DNA of 24,038 bases from a virus (taxonomy: Duplodnaviria > Caudoviricetes): positions 1-24,038 of the IMG/VR virus record IMGVR_UViG_3300021961_000627. One strand, given 5' to 3'. The notes under the pieces are model-generated. The model saw only the letters and a list, made by a program, of their open reading frames with translations. It had not been told where the DNA came from and did no database searches. The translations under genes were made by a program, and so were the position numbers. Numbering within the stretch: the first letter of the stretch is position 1; every line of letters begins with the position of its first letter. Shown piece after piece: positions 9,290 to 18,982 of the stretch.

Positions 9290-12200
9290 TAGGTATTACT
9301 CACTACTGTGCCTGAGCCAACATTAATTTCAGCAGCGGTAATACTAGATACAATTTCAATATCATCAACTGTCGCACCGCTTACAAAAATTTCGTCTGGC
9401 TTTCCTTGGATTTCAAATAAACTTCCGAATCCTTGATCTTGTTGTCTCGGCAATATAACAAAATTAGTGACATCCGGAGAAACAGTATTAATTACAAATG
9501 TTGTTAGTTCACTTAGATAAAATCTATCCCCAAAGTCCCAATTATTAATATCAAAGAAAGCATTAATTGCATTAACAATTCTTACCTTTAAATTATTATT
9601 ATTAATAGTCTTACCTGGGTTCTTAACAACCTTAAATTGTGCCTGTAATTTTGGTGTTGCTGTTTGACCAAACAACACTTTATATTTTACTGGATGAAAA
9701 ACAATTTCATCGCTTATGGACTTGATGCTGTTTAATGTTGAACCAAATTCAATTCTTAAAGCATCAGTTGTCGGTGCTGCTGGTTCAGCAATTGCTCCAG
9801 CAAGATAATTTCTAAAATCTGTATCATAATTTTTAGTTAATAGATACAGATCAACAATATTTGTAACGCTAGGATCTATTCTTCTATCCTCGCTTGCCGC
9901 ATGAGTGTATTGGAATTTAATGTCTCTTCTTCCAATGTTTGCTCTATAGTTACTCTGCAATACCAGTGTGTTTGTTGTTCTGTCCACTTTCTTAACTCTA
10001 TTCTCCGAAATATCAGTAAAGTAAATTAGTTGTCCATCATTATAATCGTTTACATTGATTAGTGTTTCTTTTTCTGCAATCAGTATAGTGTTGTTAGAGT
10101 TATCAAATAAATTAAACACTGTTGTTCCGTAAGAATCTACAGTACTTTGGAAAAATAGATAATTTTGATCTACGTCTTCACCTGCTACTTTTATAAAAGC
10201 ATCAGGGTCATCCACAACTCCGTCACTATCAGAATCACTAAATCCTACTTTAATTTCCTTAGTACTTTCGTATCCATCATCAAATTCGATCGTATCTGAA
10301 ATTTCAAAATCATAATCTCTGTTTAAACTTTGTGCAGATTTGATAGTTGAATTAATATTCAAAACTTTTACTGTATCTTTAATAAGTTTGCCTGTGACAT
10401 TATTATAGGCTCTTTCATTCTTATCAAAGTAAAATCTATTCTGAGATAGACTACCAAAAATATAATCAAGCACTCTAAGTCTAACAATATATTGATCATT
10501 GTCTTTGATGAATGCCATTAACCACGAAGAGTCTAAATTTTCGCTGGTTGTATCTCCGGCCTTACCTAGACTAAAATTATTTGTTGTATCTAAGTTTTGG
10601 CTTTGAATAATTTTCCATTCAGCATTCGCAGTGTCATATCTTAAACCAAAATTTAATCCAGCAAATATTAAATTAGTCATTTCAGTTTCTAGTGCTGTGC
10701 TTAGATCATTCACAAATTTAGGAACAATGCTAGTTGCTATAGAACCACTTGGCACGTTTTCATTAAAAGTGATCGGTCCAAGGCCTGTATCTAATGCACC
10801 TCTACCTGCATTGGTTCCATCTCCTACAACATTTACTACTTTTGTCCAGATATAATCAGTCTGTTCAATATCACTGGAATTTGTTGCAACTAATAATCCT
10901 TTCTTAAAGGAATATCCTGACGGTGCTGTAAATTTGATGTTGGCTCCAACTGTTAGATATTTTAATGTGTTGGTAGCATAAGTTCCTACCTTTAACAATG
11001 CATTATCAACAGTATTCTTGAAATAACCAGTTCCGATGTTAATATCATTTGTTATTGCTTCCCAGACCGTTGTAGTTTCACTGAACAATACTCTTTCAAA
11101 TTTTGTTAGATAAAAATTATATAAATCGGTATCTGAGAAACTTCCTTCAATATTATTTCTTATAAAATTAATAATATCTGTCTTGCTGGTATACTTAAAA
11201 TTAAGAATTCTTTCGTTTTCATTTTTATAAATGTATCCATCATCTGCAAAAACATTAACCGCACTATACTTTCCACTTGCATCAATGATATCAAAATTTC
11301 TGCTAATACCACTTGAAGTTCTGTTAATTGCTTTTACTTTTAAAACATTTTGTGAACTGCCTAAAGGAGCAAGATTATAATCCTCTCCAGTGATCATTCT
11401 ATTCTGCGTATAATAAAGTGCAGGAGCATTAGTTCTAATATTATCTGTTGATTCTGTTGCTGATGCATTATTAACTGTGTACTGTAATCCTAGATTGATA
11501 GTCAGTGTATGACCAACTCCAGCACTGTTAATATAATTTACATCGATTGATATTCCTCTCATTTCCGTAGGCGAGATAGAATATTCTAAACCATTGCTTA
11601 CTCTATAGTAAACTCTAAAACTTCCTTGTGGTAGGTTTCCGTAAACTCCGTCAGCAAATAACAAATTAATTCTATCATTCTGCTGTGTTGAAACTGAGTA
11701 AATGTTTCTTATGTTTCCAAGGATTGAATTGTATGCAATATTGTTTCCAACCAGATTACTTACTTGCGTCCATTGAGTTGTTTGGCCGCCTGCGCTGTTT
11801 AATCCGAATAGCCAAACATCGTCGTTGTTGATGTTACTGCTTTCGACTGACACAGACTCGTTGGTTGTGGGAGTAGCAATACTAAAATCTGCAAGTTCCA
11901 AACTTCCTTGTTTGAACATCATGTAAAATCCAGTGTTGGCACTTCCAGGACCTTTGCCGTCTTGTCTATAAACAAATCCTAGTTGATTGCCGGGTGTCGG
12001 TGCTTCTTCATAAATTTCTTCAGCGTCCTTGAAGGAAGTACTAACAACTTCAAAAGTCATGTTTCTACCAGCAACGGACTTAGTGTATGTGTACAAAGGA
12101 ACGTCAGTGGTTGTTGATCTAAAACGATACTGTTCTGTGGGAATTCCTTGTATGGTCTCACTACCTTGGCTTCTACCAAATTCTGTGTTTTCAGACATGG

Positions 12201-12687
12201 CTGTATTTAGAATTAAAATAAACTGTTCAGCCCAGTTAGTATTCGTAGGATCGTTCCATCTTACAGTTTGTTGGGCTAGGTTTCTTCCGTTGCTATCTAT
12301 AATATTTTCTGTTGTGGTAACTGAATTAAATTTTAATAGTCCAGATGCTCCTTGATTTCGCTTGGCATTATATCCTAGCATTCTTGCAATTCTTAGAACG
12401 CTTTCTTTTCTTTCTGCTAGTTCAATAAAGTTTTCTCTTGAAGCAAGATCAAGACGGAAACTTAGGCTCTGTCCAAGAAAAGCCATTGCATCAATTAGAG
12501 CAAGATATTCCGAACTCTCAATGTAATCGTTAAAATCTTCCGGATAATTCTCTCGGAGATAGGTAATGATCACCCTGCGGATGTTTTCAAAGTCATATGA
12601 CTTGAAATCCGCATTCTTAAACGTCTGATAGATTCGTTTCCAGTCTTCGTTTAGTATTAAGTTATTCTGTCTTGATGTGGTGCTCAT
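9289..12687 (-). CDS. gp6: Baseplate wedge subunit, T4 gp6-like (enlarged, 1132 aa)
   Basis: N-terminal DFENIRRVIITYL...FNDYIESSE...LIDAMAFLG...LAERKESVLRIARMLGY. Also LLFADGVYGNLP, ESTDNIRTNAPALYYTQNRMITGEDY and C-terminal INAFFDINNWDFGDRFYLSEL, all characteristic of gp6/baseplate J. Follows gp25. Confidence 0.9.
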   Translation of the reverse strand: MSTTSRQNNLILNEDWKRIYQTFKNADFKSYDFENIRRVIITYLRENYPEDFNDYIESSEYLALIDAMAFLGQSLSFRLDLASRENFIELAERKESVLRIARMLGYNAKRNQGASGLLKFNSVTTTENIIDSNGRNLAQQTVRWNDPTNTNWAEQFILILNTAMSENTEFGRSQGSETIQGIPTEQYRFRSTTTDVPLYTYTKSVAGRNMTFEVVSTSFKDAEEIYEEAPTPGNQLGFVYRQDGKGPGSANTGFYMMFKQGSLELADFSIATPTTNESVSVESSNINNDDVWLFGLNSAGGQTTQWTQVSNLVGNNIAYNSILGNIRNIYSVSTQQNDRINLLFADGVYGNLPQGSFRVYYRVSNGLEYSISPTEMRGISIDVNYINSAGVGHTLTINLGLQYTVNNASATESTDNIRTNAPALYYTQNRMITGEDYNLAPLGSSQNVLKVKAINRTSSGISRNFDIIDASGKYSAVNVFADDGYIYKNENERILNFKYTSKTDIINFIRNNIEGSFSDTDLYNFYLTKFERVLFSETTTVWEAITNDINIGTGYFKNTVDNALLKVGTYATNTLKYLTVGANIKFTAPSGYSFKKGLLVATNSSDIEQTDYIWTKVVNVVGDGTNAGRGALDTGLGPITFNENVPSGSIATSIVPKFVNDLSTALETEMTNLIFAGLNFGLRYDTANAEWKIIQSQNLDTTNNFSLGKAGDTTSENLDSSWLMAFIKDNDQYIVRLRVLDYIFGSLSQNRFYFDKNERAYNNVTGKLIKDTVKVLNINSTIKSAQSLNRDYDFEISDTIEFDDGYESTKEIKVGFSDSDSDGVVDDPDAFIKVAGEDVDQNYLFFQSTVDSYGTTVFNLFDNSNNTILIAEKETLINVNDYNDGQLIYFTDISENRVKKVDRTTNTLVLQSNYRANIGRRDIKFQYTHAASEDRRIDPSVTNIVDLYLLTKNYDTDFRNYLAGAIAEPAAPTTDALRIEFGSTLNSIKSISDEIVFHPVKYKVLFGQTATPKLQAQFKVVKNPGKTINNNNLKVRIVNAINAFFDINNWDFGDRFYLSELTTFVINTVSPDVTNFVILPRQQDQGFGSLFEIQGKPDEIFVSGATVDDIEIVSSITAAEINVGSGTVVSNT

Positions 12688-12694
12688 TTGCTAT

Positions 12695-12713
12695 TTCCTA
12701 TTGTAATATTTAG
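12695..12713 (-). promoter_or_regulatory. Candidate gp55-dependent late promoter (CTAAATA) and RBS (AGGAA) upstream of gp6
   Basis: Minus strand reads ggCTAAATAttacaatAGGAAatagcaaATG in the 43-bp gap between gp25 and gp6. The TAAATA core matches the T4 late consensus TATAAATA. Confidence 0.55.
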
Positions 12714-12730
12714 CCCATTTAATTAACTGC

Positions 12731-13168
12731 TTAGTTTATTACCGAACTATTTCTGTCAAAGTCAAAGGTCATCCTTTCGTTAATGTTAAACGGTATATAA
12801 ACTAGGTCTGCTTCAACCCTCATACCCTGTTCTGTGCTGTCAACACTTACTGATTGCACCACTACCCTAGGATCGTAGTTTATAATAGTTTCTACGTCTT
12901 TTGCTATTATATTTTTAACTTCAGGAGTAAACTGTTCAAATATCATGTCCCATATAACAGTTCCAAAGTTAGGATTTTCTAACTTTTCACCCTTTCTAAT
13001 ATAGAAATGGTTTATTATATCCTGCTTGACCAAATCTATGTCGTACAGTTTGAACCCCTTTTCCTTGTTTTTAGAGTTAAATCCTTTGTATGTAAATGCT
13101 CCGCTGTTAGAATCACCAACAGACGCCTTGTTAACTGCCACTGATTTTTGATTGTATATCTTCTTCAT
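12731..13168 (-). CDS. gp25: Baseplate wedge subunit / sheath nucleator, T4 gp25-like
   Basis: LYDIDLVKQDIINHFYIRKGEKLENPNFGTVIWDMIFE...IINYDPRV matches the gp25/GPW motif (GER..P.FG..I...LFE...EPRV). Located between gp5 and gp6. Confidence 0.9.
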   Translation of the reverse strand: MKKIYNQKSVAVNKASVGDSNSGAFTYKGFNSKNKEKGFKLYDIDLVKQDIINHFYIRKGEKLENPNFGTVIWDMIFEQFTPEVKNIIAKDVETIINYDPRVVVQSVSVDSTEQGMRVEADLVYIPFNINERMTFDFDRNSSVIN

Positions 13169-13169
13169 A

Positions 13170-14972
13170 TTATTCCTCGTCTCCTTCTTCTAGTTCCCTA
13201 TCGGTAAACGAAGTACCCTGTAACGCAGGAGAATTATTTTCATGCAATGCCCAAGGTTCGTGCATAGGAACTCTCTTCATTATTGACTTAATTTTTCCGT
13301 CTAAATATCTAAGTTTAGGCCAACCCTTGTCTGGGTTTGTAAACAGATTAGTATGTAGATGCAGATCTGTAATGGTATTTGCTATAACTGCTTCTTCTGC
13401 CTGTCTTGCCTGTGGGCCGTTCATGTGTATCTGCGAAGCAGTTTCTGTATGATTGCCTCCGCTTAGAATGTCTGTTGTTCCGCCAGCAGTGTAAGCATTA
13501 TTTCCATCTGTGTTAAGATCTAAATTGCCAGTGGTTTTAATTAGCGTGTCTCCAAAAACTTTTACTTCGTAATCATGCGGAGCAACAACTCCATAACCTG
13601 TAGAAAATCTTGTGCTACCAATTATGCTGATATCCAAGTCACCGTCAGTAGGAACACCTTCGGCATTTTCATAATTTCTAGTTTCTATTCTACCATTAGC
13701 GCCTATCAATATGTTTGTGTTAAATGCACTTTCGATTTGTATTCTACCCGCTTCAAATGTTGCACCATCCTGTATCTTAGGAATAGGATTACCGTCATCA
13801 TCTCTTCTATGAAGTGTATCCGGAGAAACATATTCTGCCGTTGCCTTCATATTGATATTTCGACCGGCTTCAATGTTAACGTCTCTGTCCGCCTTGATAT
13901 TCAAATCATTTTCTGTATGAATACTAATACTATCTGCAGCATAGATATCTATCTTACCATTGGAGGTTAGTTCAACCCAAGCAGTGCCTTTACTATTCCC
14001 AATGTAAATTAAATCTTCTGAATTGTGCAGCAATAGTTGGTGACCGGTTCTGGTTCTAATTCTTGTGTATTCATTATACGGAATGTCTGGACGTCCTTTG
14101 GAATTGGTCTTTTCTCCGGTGACTGCATCCTCTCCGTTAATGACGTCAATATATTTTACAGGTCCTGTACCTGCGTCTGTATTTCTCACATAGCGATCAT
14201 CGCCGTCATCAATCACAAACTGTGTTCCGCCTAGCCTACTAACTGCAACTCCTGTTAAGGATTGATTTTGTGACGGTCCTGTATTCATTCTCTTGGATCC
14301 GTCTCTCCAATCAAGGGGACCAGGAGTTGAAATTCCAAAAACTGAATTAGGCGTTTGGCGGCGGCCGGTGGATGTTACTGTTCCTCGCACATCGTCTTCT
14401 AGAGTTCCTTGTTCTAAAAATCTATCCGCAATAGGATGCACGGGCTTTTTTATTTTTTCAGGATTTTTTTCGGGTTCGTCCGCATTTTTCCTTTTATTAA
14501 TTTCTCCAGTTGGCAATGCTCTATCAGTATCGTACTTGTCTGCATCTGCGGCCGTTAAATCTACTTGCTCAGTTCCGGCAATAGCAGGAACCATATGATT
14601 GGCAAAAGAAGGAGGTAAACAAGCAAACCAGTATCCTTCCGATGGATCGCCATCAACGAATGCACACAAGACCGTGACTCCGACATCAGGTGGAACAAAC
14701 CACATTCCGTAGGATTTTTGCGTGTCGTTAAAATCATTGTTATTCTTGCCCATTGCCTCAAAAGGAGTGTAACCAAAGAAAGGAGAAGCATAGTTTAGGA
14801 TATAGGTTTGATTATCATCTCCCATATCGTTACCCTGATCCTTGAGCAGTGTTACTCTCAGCCTACCATTAAAGGTAGGATCCATAACGCTTACTACTCT
14901 GGCCATGTGTACACCAGCACCCAGCCCCTTGCTGTAGGCTTCTCTTGCCGGTGCTCTTCTTTGTATTGCCAT
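13170..14972 (-). CDS. gp5: Baseplate central spike, gp5-like (OB-fold plus beta-helix, no lysozyme domain)
   Basis: N-terminal OB fold ARVVSVMDPTFNGRLRV...YGMWFVPPDVGVTVLCAFVDGDPSEGYWF. Also RTRTGHQLLLHN and beta-helix repeats IDIYAADSISIHTENDLNIKADRDVNIEAGRNINMKA ending IHMNG. Confidence 0.85.
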   Translation of the reverse strand: MAIQRRAPAREAYSKGLGAGVHMARVVSVMDPTFNGRLRVTLLKDQGNDMGDDNQTYILNYASPFFGYTPFEAMGKNNNDFNDTQKSYGMWFVPPDVGVTVLCAFVDGDPSEGYWFACLPPSFANHMVPAIAGTEQVDLTAADADKYDTDRALPTGEINKRKNADEPEKNPEKIKKPVHPIADRFLEQGTLEDDVRGTVTSTGRRQTPNSVFGISTPGPLDWRDGSKRMNTGPSQNQSLTGVAVSRLGGTQFVIDDGDDRYVRNTDAGTGPVKYIDVINGEDAVTGEKTNSKGRPDIPYNEYTRIRTRTGHQLLLHNSEDLIYIGNSKGTAWVELTSNGKIDIYAADSISIHTENDLNIKADRDVNIEAGRNINMKATAEYVSPDTLHRRDDDGNPIPKIQDGATFEAGRIQIESAFNTNILIGANGRIETRNYENAEGVPTDGDLDISIIGSTRFSTGYGVVAPHDYEVKVFGDTLIKTTGNLDLNTDGNNAYTAGGTTDILSGGNHTETASQIHMNGPQARQAEEAVIANTITDLHLHTNLFTNPDKGWPKLRYLDGKIKSIMKRVPMHEPWALHENNSPALQGTSFTDRELEEGDEE

Positions 14973-14984
14973 TAATTATTATCC

Positions 14985-17549
14985 TTAGATATAAAAATCA
15001 TCCTCAAAATCATAGTTTGTTGCCTCTGAAGTATTAGTTGGTGGTTTAGTTTCTCCGCCGACTTCCACAGTTTTGTTAGTCGTTTTGTCTGTTTTAAGTT
15101 TGCTATCAAAGTCGCTAGGCTGTGCTTGTAATCTAACGCAGGTTAGTGTCTGTCTAAATTGTCCGTCTGCAAATTTGCTTACACACTTAACAACTCTATA
15201 GATTCCTGTGAACGGACTAACCTTGTCTTTATTAAATTCAAAATTACCAGTTCTTTGATTAACGTCAGCAGGAGTTCTAAATGTTATAAAAATGTATACA
15301 TCCTGTCCTTCGTAGTTTGCCGTTCCATCATCAGTTATTAATGGAGATTTTTCTGATTCCTTTGCAAAGTAATTTGAAAATCCACTATCAACTAACCAAT
15401 ACGTATCTCCCATAATTTCTAATTCTACCTTGACCAAATCCGCAGATGTTACATTAATGAATGCATTTTGAAATGCTTCGGCAACTTTTTGTTCAACGTC
15501 GGTTGATCCTGCACCGCCCTTCATTAGAGTAAACTGGTCTGGGGTTTTCTTAATTTTAGATTTGCCAAGAAACGCAGTCTGCGCTTTCTTTTCATTACCC
15601 TCGCCGGTTGTGGTTTTCTTTGCTGGATCTTCAGCAACACCCTTTTGATCCGGTGCTTGTTCGTTTTTGGTTTTTGCTTCTGTCGCAGGTGCACCACCGG
15701 TATAAAACAAGTAGTCTATTTTAATTTCAAAGTTTAAAACTTCTGTGTTTAATCCGGTATATATGTAATCATATCTCTTAACGATAGTTTTTTCTATTTC
15801 AGTTATTCCCACCGGAATTGAATTGGGGTTACCAAAGATACTAGAATGGACCTTGAAAGGAACTACCCTGTAGATAAATTTCTTTGCATAATCACCTATC
15901 AAGTCATCATACTCTAGAAATTCAACCTGCACGTCAATCTTAAACCAATCAATCATTCCGTCTGCTTTAGTTGATTTCTGTGTCGCCTGTTTTGCAAATG
16001 TTGAACTCATGATCACCTGGGTGATAATGTCTGTTAGTTTCTGAGCCTGTGTGAAGTGAAAGGATCTGTTTCCTTCGTGAACTTCCATGGCTCCTCTTTT
16101 TATTCTGCCAGTTTTTTCATCAGCAACTTCCTTATCATCCTTGAAAGGAAAGTTTCCGCCTTTGCCTATACCAAACCCAAATCCGGATTTAGCAATAGCA
16201 TTGTTACCGATATTTTTATTTGTTGTCGTTTGTACATCACTGCCGCCCACAGTTTGCTTGCCTTTGCCGTTTGGATCTGCTGTTGCTCCGGCATCATCAG
16301 CAACGTCATCTGCTGTTTGTTCTGTGTATCGCTTGCTGGCAACTTCAGGAAAGTGTATTTCATAAACATCAGGAATCTTGTATTTTCCTTCCTGAACAAG
16401 TTTTTGTTCGTTATCGTTTAGGAGTTTTACAAGACTCTTTGCACCCGTTGCCAATACATCCTTTACGGTATTTCTATCAGCATCATTATTAAATGCTGCT
16501 TCTCCTCTGAAGTCTCCGGTGCCTTGAATATTAATGTCAGTCCATGCCGTGTCCACAGTATCTGCAAACCCCTGATGATTATATGGATAGGCTTCAACAT
16601 TATAGTTACTACCCGACTCATCGACATTAAAAGTAACCTTTTTAAGTTTTAAAATAAAATACTTAGGCTTGATAGATTTCTTTATCGTGCCGTCTTCATC
16701 AAAACCAATCACATCAAGTTTTAAGAGGAAGGGAGAATCTAGATAGTTTACATATCCTGCCTTGATCGCTGCTACTTGCATGCTTTGCAGGAACAAACCC
16801 ATGCTGAATGGTTCTCTAACGGTAAACGTAAAACTAACTGCGTTCTGATTTCCTGTCTTTGGATTTGCAGCAATCACTGCTGTCATCTCAAAGTTGTCTA
16901 CAAAATATTCTGGAGTGCCATATTCGGTTGCTACCCTAGAAGACTTTCCGTCCTTCTCGAAATCTCTACCCCCGGAAGAAAATATAATCCCTGATGATAG
17001 ACTGGTTGTTTTTGTTCCCTCAAATCCTCCATCATCATCAACAAATTTTGTTTTAACATCATAGCTCTGTGCGGCAAAACTTAATCCGGTTGCCAGTCTG
17101 TAAAGGCTTGGATTATTAAACTGTTTAGGAGTTAGTACCGCCATTGTCCAAAGAGAATTGTAAGTAGCAAATCCTGAAAGGGGATTCGAAACAACATTCT
17201 TTAGATTGTATCCTCCGTTTGCAGGTAATGTTTCCTCGGAAGTTGTGTTTACCGTTTCTTTTTTGTATTCTTGTGTGCCAGGTTCTGCATCTACCTTTGT
17301 TGTGGCGCCTTCTTTTTTCTGTGTTATAAAGGCAAACGCCTTTGTGACGGCCGTGTCTGCTGCAACATACTGTTGTATAGTTCCGTCTGGCTTTTTGTTT
17401 TGATATCTATCTAACTGTTCCTGTGTTCCGTAAATACGAGTCTTTTGGCCAAATACTATCTTGTCAACGTAAGGCTGGGATCTATCAATGTTAACATTGG
17501 TTGTGTTACCATTGCTCTGTATTCTTCTTTCTACGAATTCAGCATTCAT
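14985..17549 (-). CDS. Putative baseplate hub protein (gp27-like), 854 aa
   Basis: Lies between gp53 and gp5. C-terminal VELEIMGDTYW...FTGIYRVVKCVSKFADGQFRQTLTCVR resembles the end of gp27/VgrG hub domains. Assignment is by synteny plus a weak motif. Confidence 0.6.
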   Translation of the reverse strand: MNAEFVERRIQSNGNTTNVNIDRSQPYVDKIVFGQKTRIYGTQEQLDRYQNKKPDGTIQQYVAADTAVTKAFAFITQKKEGATTKVDAEPGTQEYKKETVNTTSEETLPANGGYNLKNVVSNPLSGFATYNSLWTMAVLTPKQFNNPSLYRLATGLSFAAQSYDVKTKFVDDDGGFEGTKTTSLSSGIIFSSGGRDFEKDGKSSRVATEYGTPEYFVDNFEMTAVIAANPKTGNQNAVSFTFTVREPFSMGLFLQSMQVAAIKAGYVNYLDSPFLLKLDVIGFDEDGTIKKSIKPKYFILKLKKVTFNVDESGSNYNVEAYPYNHQGFADTVDTAWTDINIQGTGDFRGEAAFNNDADRNTVKDVLATGAKSLVKLLNDNEQKLVQEGKYKIPDVYEIHFPEVASKRYTEQTADDVADDAGATADPNGKGKQTVGGSDVQTTTNKNIGNNAIAKSGFGFGIGKGGNFPFKDDKEVADEKTGRIKRGAMEVHEGNRSFHFTQAQKLTDIITQVIMSSTFAKQATQKSTKADGMIDWFKIDVQVEFLEYDDLIGDYAKKFIYRVVPFKVHSSIFGNPNSIPVGITEIEKTIVKRYDYIYTGLNTEVLNFEIKIDYLFYTGGAPATEAKTKNEQAPDQKGVAEDPAKKTTTGEGNEKKAQTAFLGKSKIKKTPDQFTLMKGGAGSTDVEQKVAEAFQNAFINVTSADLVKVELEIMGDTYWLVDSGFSNYFAKESEKSPLITDDGTANYEGQDVYIFITFRTPADVNQRTGNFEFNKDKVSPFTGIYRVVKCVSKFADGQFRQTLTCVRLQAQPSDFDSKLKTDKTTNKTVEVGGETKPPTNTSEATNYDFEDDFYI

Positions 17550-17550
17550 A

Positions 17551-17850
17551 CTAGACTCCTAAGAATTTTCTCAAGTTGGACTCTTTGGGAATGTAAATTC
17601 TTTTTCCTGGTTCAAAATCGTAAATTGGATCCTTTATTGATTCCATGTTTCTTTGTATGAACACCCACCATAGTTTAGGATCTCCGTACAGGTCGTATGC
17701 CAACAGGTCGGGTCTATGCTTGTATTGATTTTCAATTGTGTAAAGAAAATCATCCGACTCGGCTGGTACTGGTCTAATCCTTAGTAATTCAAGATAAAGA
17801 TTATTCTGTTCAGTGACAGCGTACGGTGATGATGAACTATAGGTTGCCAT
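17551..17850 (-). CDS. gp53: Baseplate wedge protein gp53-like (LysM fold)
   Basis: YTIENQYKHRPDLLAYDLYGDPKLWWVFIQRN...DPIYDFEPGKRIYIP is the typical gp53 RPD..A...YG...LWW signature. Confidence 0.88.
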   Translation of the reverse strand: MATYSSSSPYAVTEQNNLYLELLRIRPVPAESDDFLYTIENQYKHRPDLLAYDLYGDPKLWWVFIQRNMESIKDPIYDFEPGKRIYIPKESNLRKFLGV

Positions 17851-17851
17851 A

Positions 17852-18982
17852 TTATAAGTATCCTTGTCCTGTCGGAGTTTTTAGTGTTCCTCGTGCATAA
17901 TCTGTTAAACTAAACTGTCTTAGATTTCTTCTATTGTAAACTGGCTGTACTTGAACATTGATCGTGCTTGTAACAGGAACCCACGTGTTTGTTCCAAATC
18001 TGTCACAACGTATATAGTTGACATCGTTGGGCATATCCACGCTAAATGATTTGACTACCACAGGAACATTATCAAAGAAACTAGCACCATAACCGCTGAG
18101 TTGACAAACGGGAGGCGGAGCACCTGCATTGGCACCTCGACCAAAAAACATTTTTGTCATGGTTCTAAAAAATGCTACTGAACTAATCCAATAGGCTGCT
18201 TGTTTTTCGTTTTCGCAAACAAATGTTCCATCTATATTAATTGCGTCCACTTCACTATTTTTATAGGCCTGGAATGGATAGTTGTTGTGTATAGGATCTA
18301 TGGAAGTATAATTTGCCTTGGTTGAATATGAAACCGATGGCAACATAGGAAATACAACCCCCTTGGTTCCTTCATCGTTCAATGGTGCAAACAAAGGATT
18401 GCCTTGAAACAGAGTCCAGTCACATGAAATTCTAACACGCCAGTCATCACTATCGTGAGGCTGCACTGTAATTCCCTGTCCTGTATTTTTAAATAATTCT
18501 CCGTTCTGCGGTAAATTTTCTGCTCTCTTTAGGCTTAATAAATCATTAAGTGCACCTGCGCCCTTTGAAATTCCTTTTGCTAAATCCTGGAATCCTCCGG
18601 CTAGATCACCACCTGTAAACTTTCCTAATACTCCGCTTATGTCCTTGCCGACATTTCTAGCAGCGTCTCCGATGGCTCCAAATGTTCCTCCGTCAGTCAG
18701 TGAACTTACTGATCCGATTCCTAAAGGACTGTTAACAGTGTCTTTTACCTGTCCCATTCCTGTGTTTATTTGATCAAAGAATGTTCCTCCTGCGCCTGAT
18801 GCCTGATTATGTCCGCTTCCTAACTCTCCTGCCAATTGTGCAATCTTTGCATCTAAATTTTCTTTTTCCAGTGCTGCTCCAATCTTAGGTTTTGCTTCAT
18901 CATAGGCTGCTATTGCCTGTTGAATCCCCTGATCAACCTTCTGTACTAGGAACGGTAATGGGTTTATGTTTAATCCTGCCAT
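17852..18982 (-). CDS. Tail tube initiator / baseplate-tube junction protein (gp48/gp54-like) with Gly/Ala-rich N-terminal extension
   Basis: C-terminal tube-fold motifs GVVFPMLPSVSYSTKANY..IDPIHNNYPFQAYKNS, GAPPPVCQLSGYG..FFDNVPVVVKSFSVDMPNDVNY and WVPVTSTINVQVQP. Directly precedes the LysM gp53 gene, as in contractile tail systems. Confidence 0.7.
   Translation of the reverse strand: MAGLNINPLPFLVQKVDQGIQQAIAAYDEAKPKIGAALEKENLDAKIAQLAGELGSGHNQASGAGGTFFDQINTGMGQVKDTVNSPLGIGSVSSLTDGGTFGAIGDAARNVGKDISGVLGKFTGGDLAGGFQDLAKGISKGAGALNDLLSLKRAENLPQNGELFKNTGQGITVQPHDSDDWRVRISCDWTLFQGNPLFAPLNDEGTKGVVFPMLPSVSYSTKANYTSIDPIHNNYPFQAYKNSEVDAINIDGTFVCENEKQAAYWISSVAFFRTMTKMFFGRGANAGAPPPVCQLSGYGASFFDNVPVVVKSFSVDMPNDVNYIRCDRFGTNTWVPVTSTINVQVQPVYNRRNLRQFSLTDYARGTLKTPTGQGYL

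Noticed and set aside
10631-17660. Plus-strand ORFs of 60-131 aa (and the 14561 and 16166 minus ORFs) overlapping the baseplate genes
   Set aside because: They are shadows of long, motif-supported genes and have atypical composition.
9289-18982. Bacterial eCIS/T6SS/tailocin locus rather than a phage
   Set aside because: The adjacent gp55-gp47-gp46 block and T4-type late-promoter motifs indicate a T4-like phage genome.
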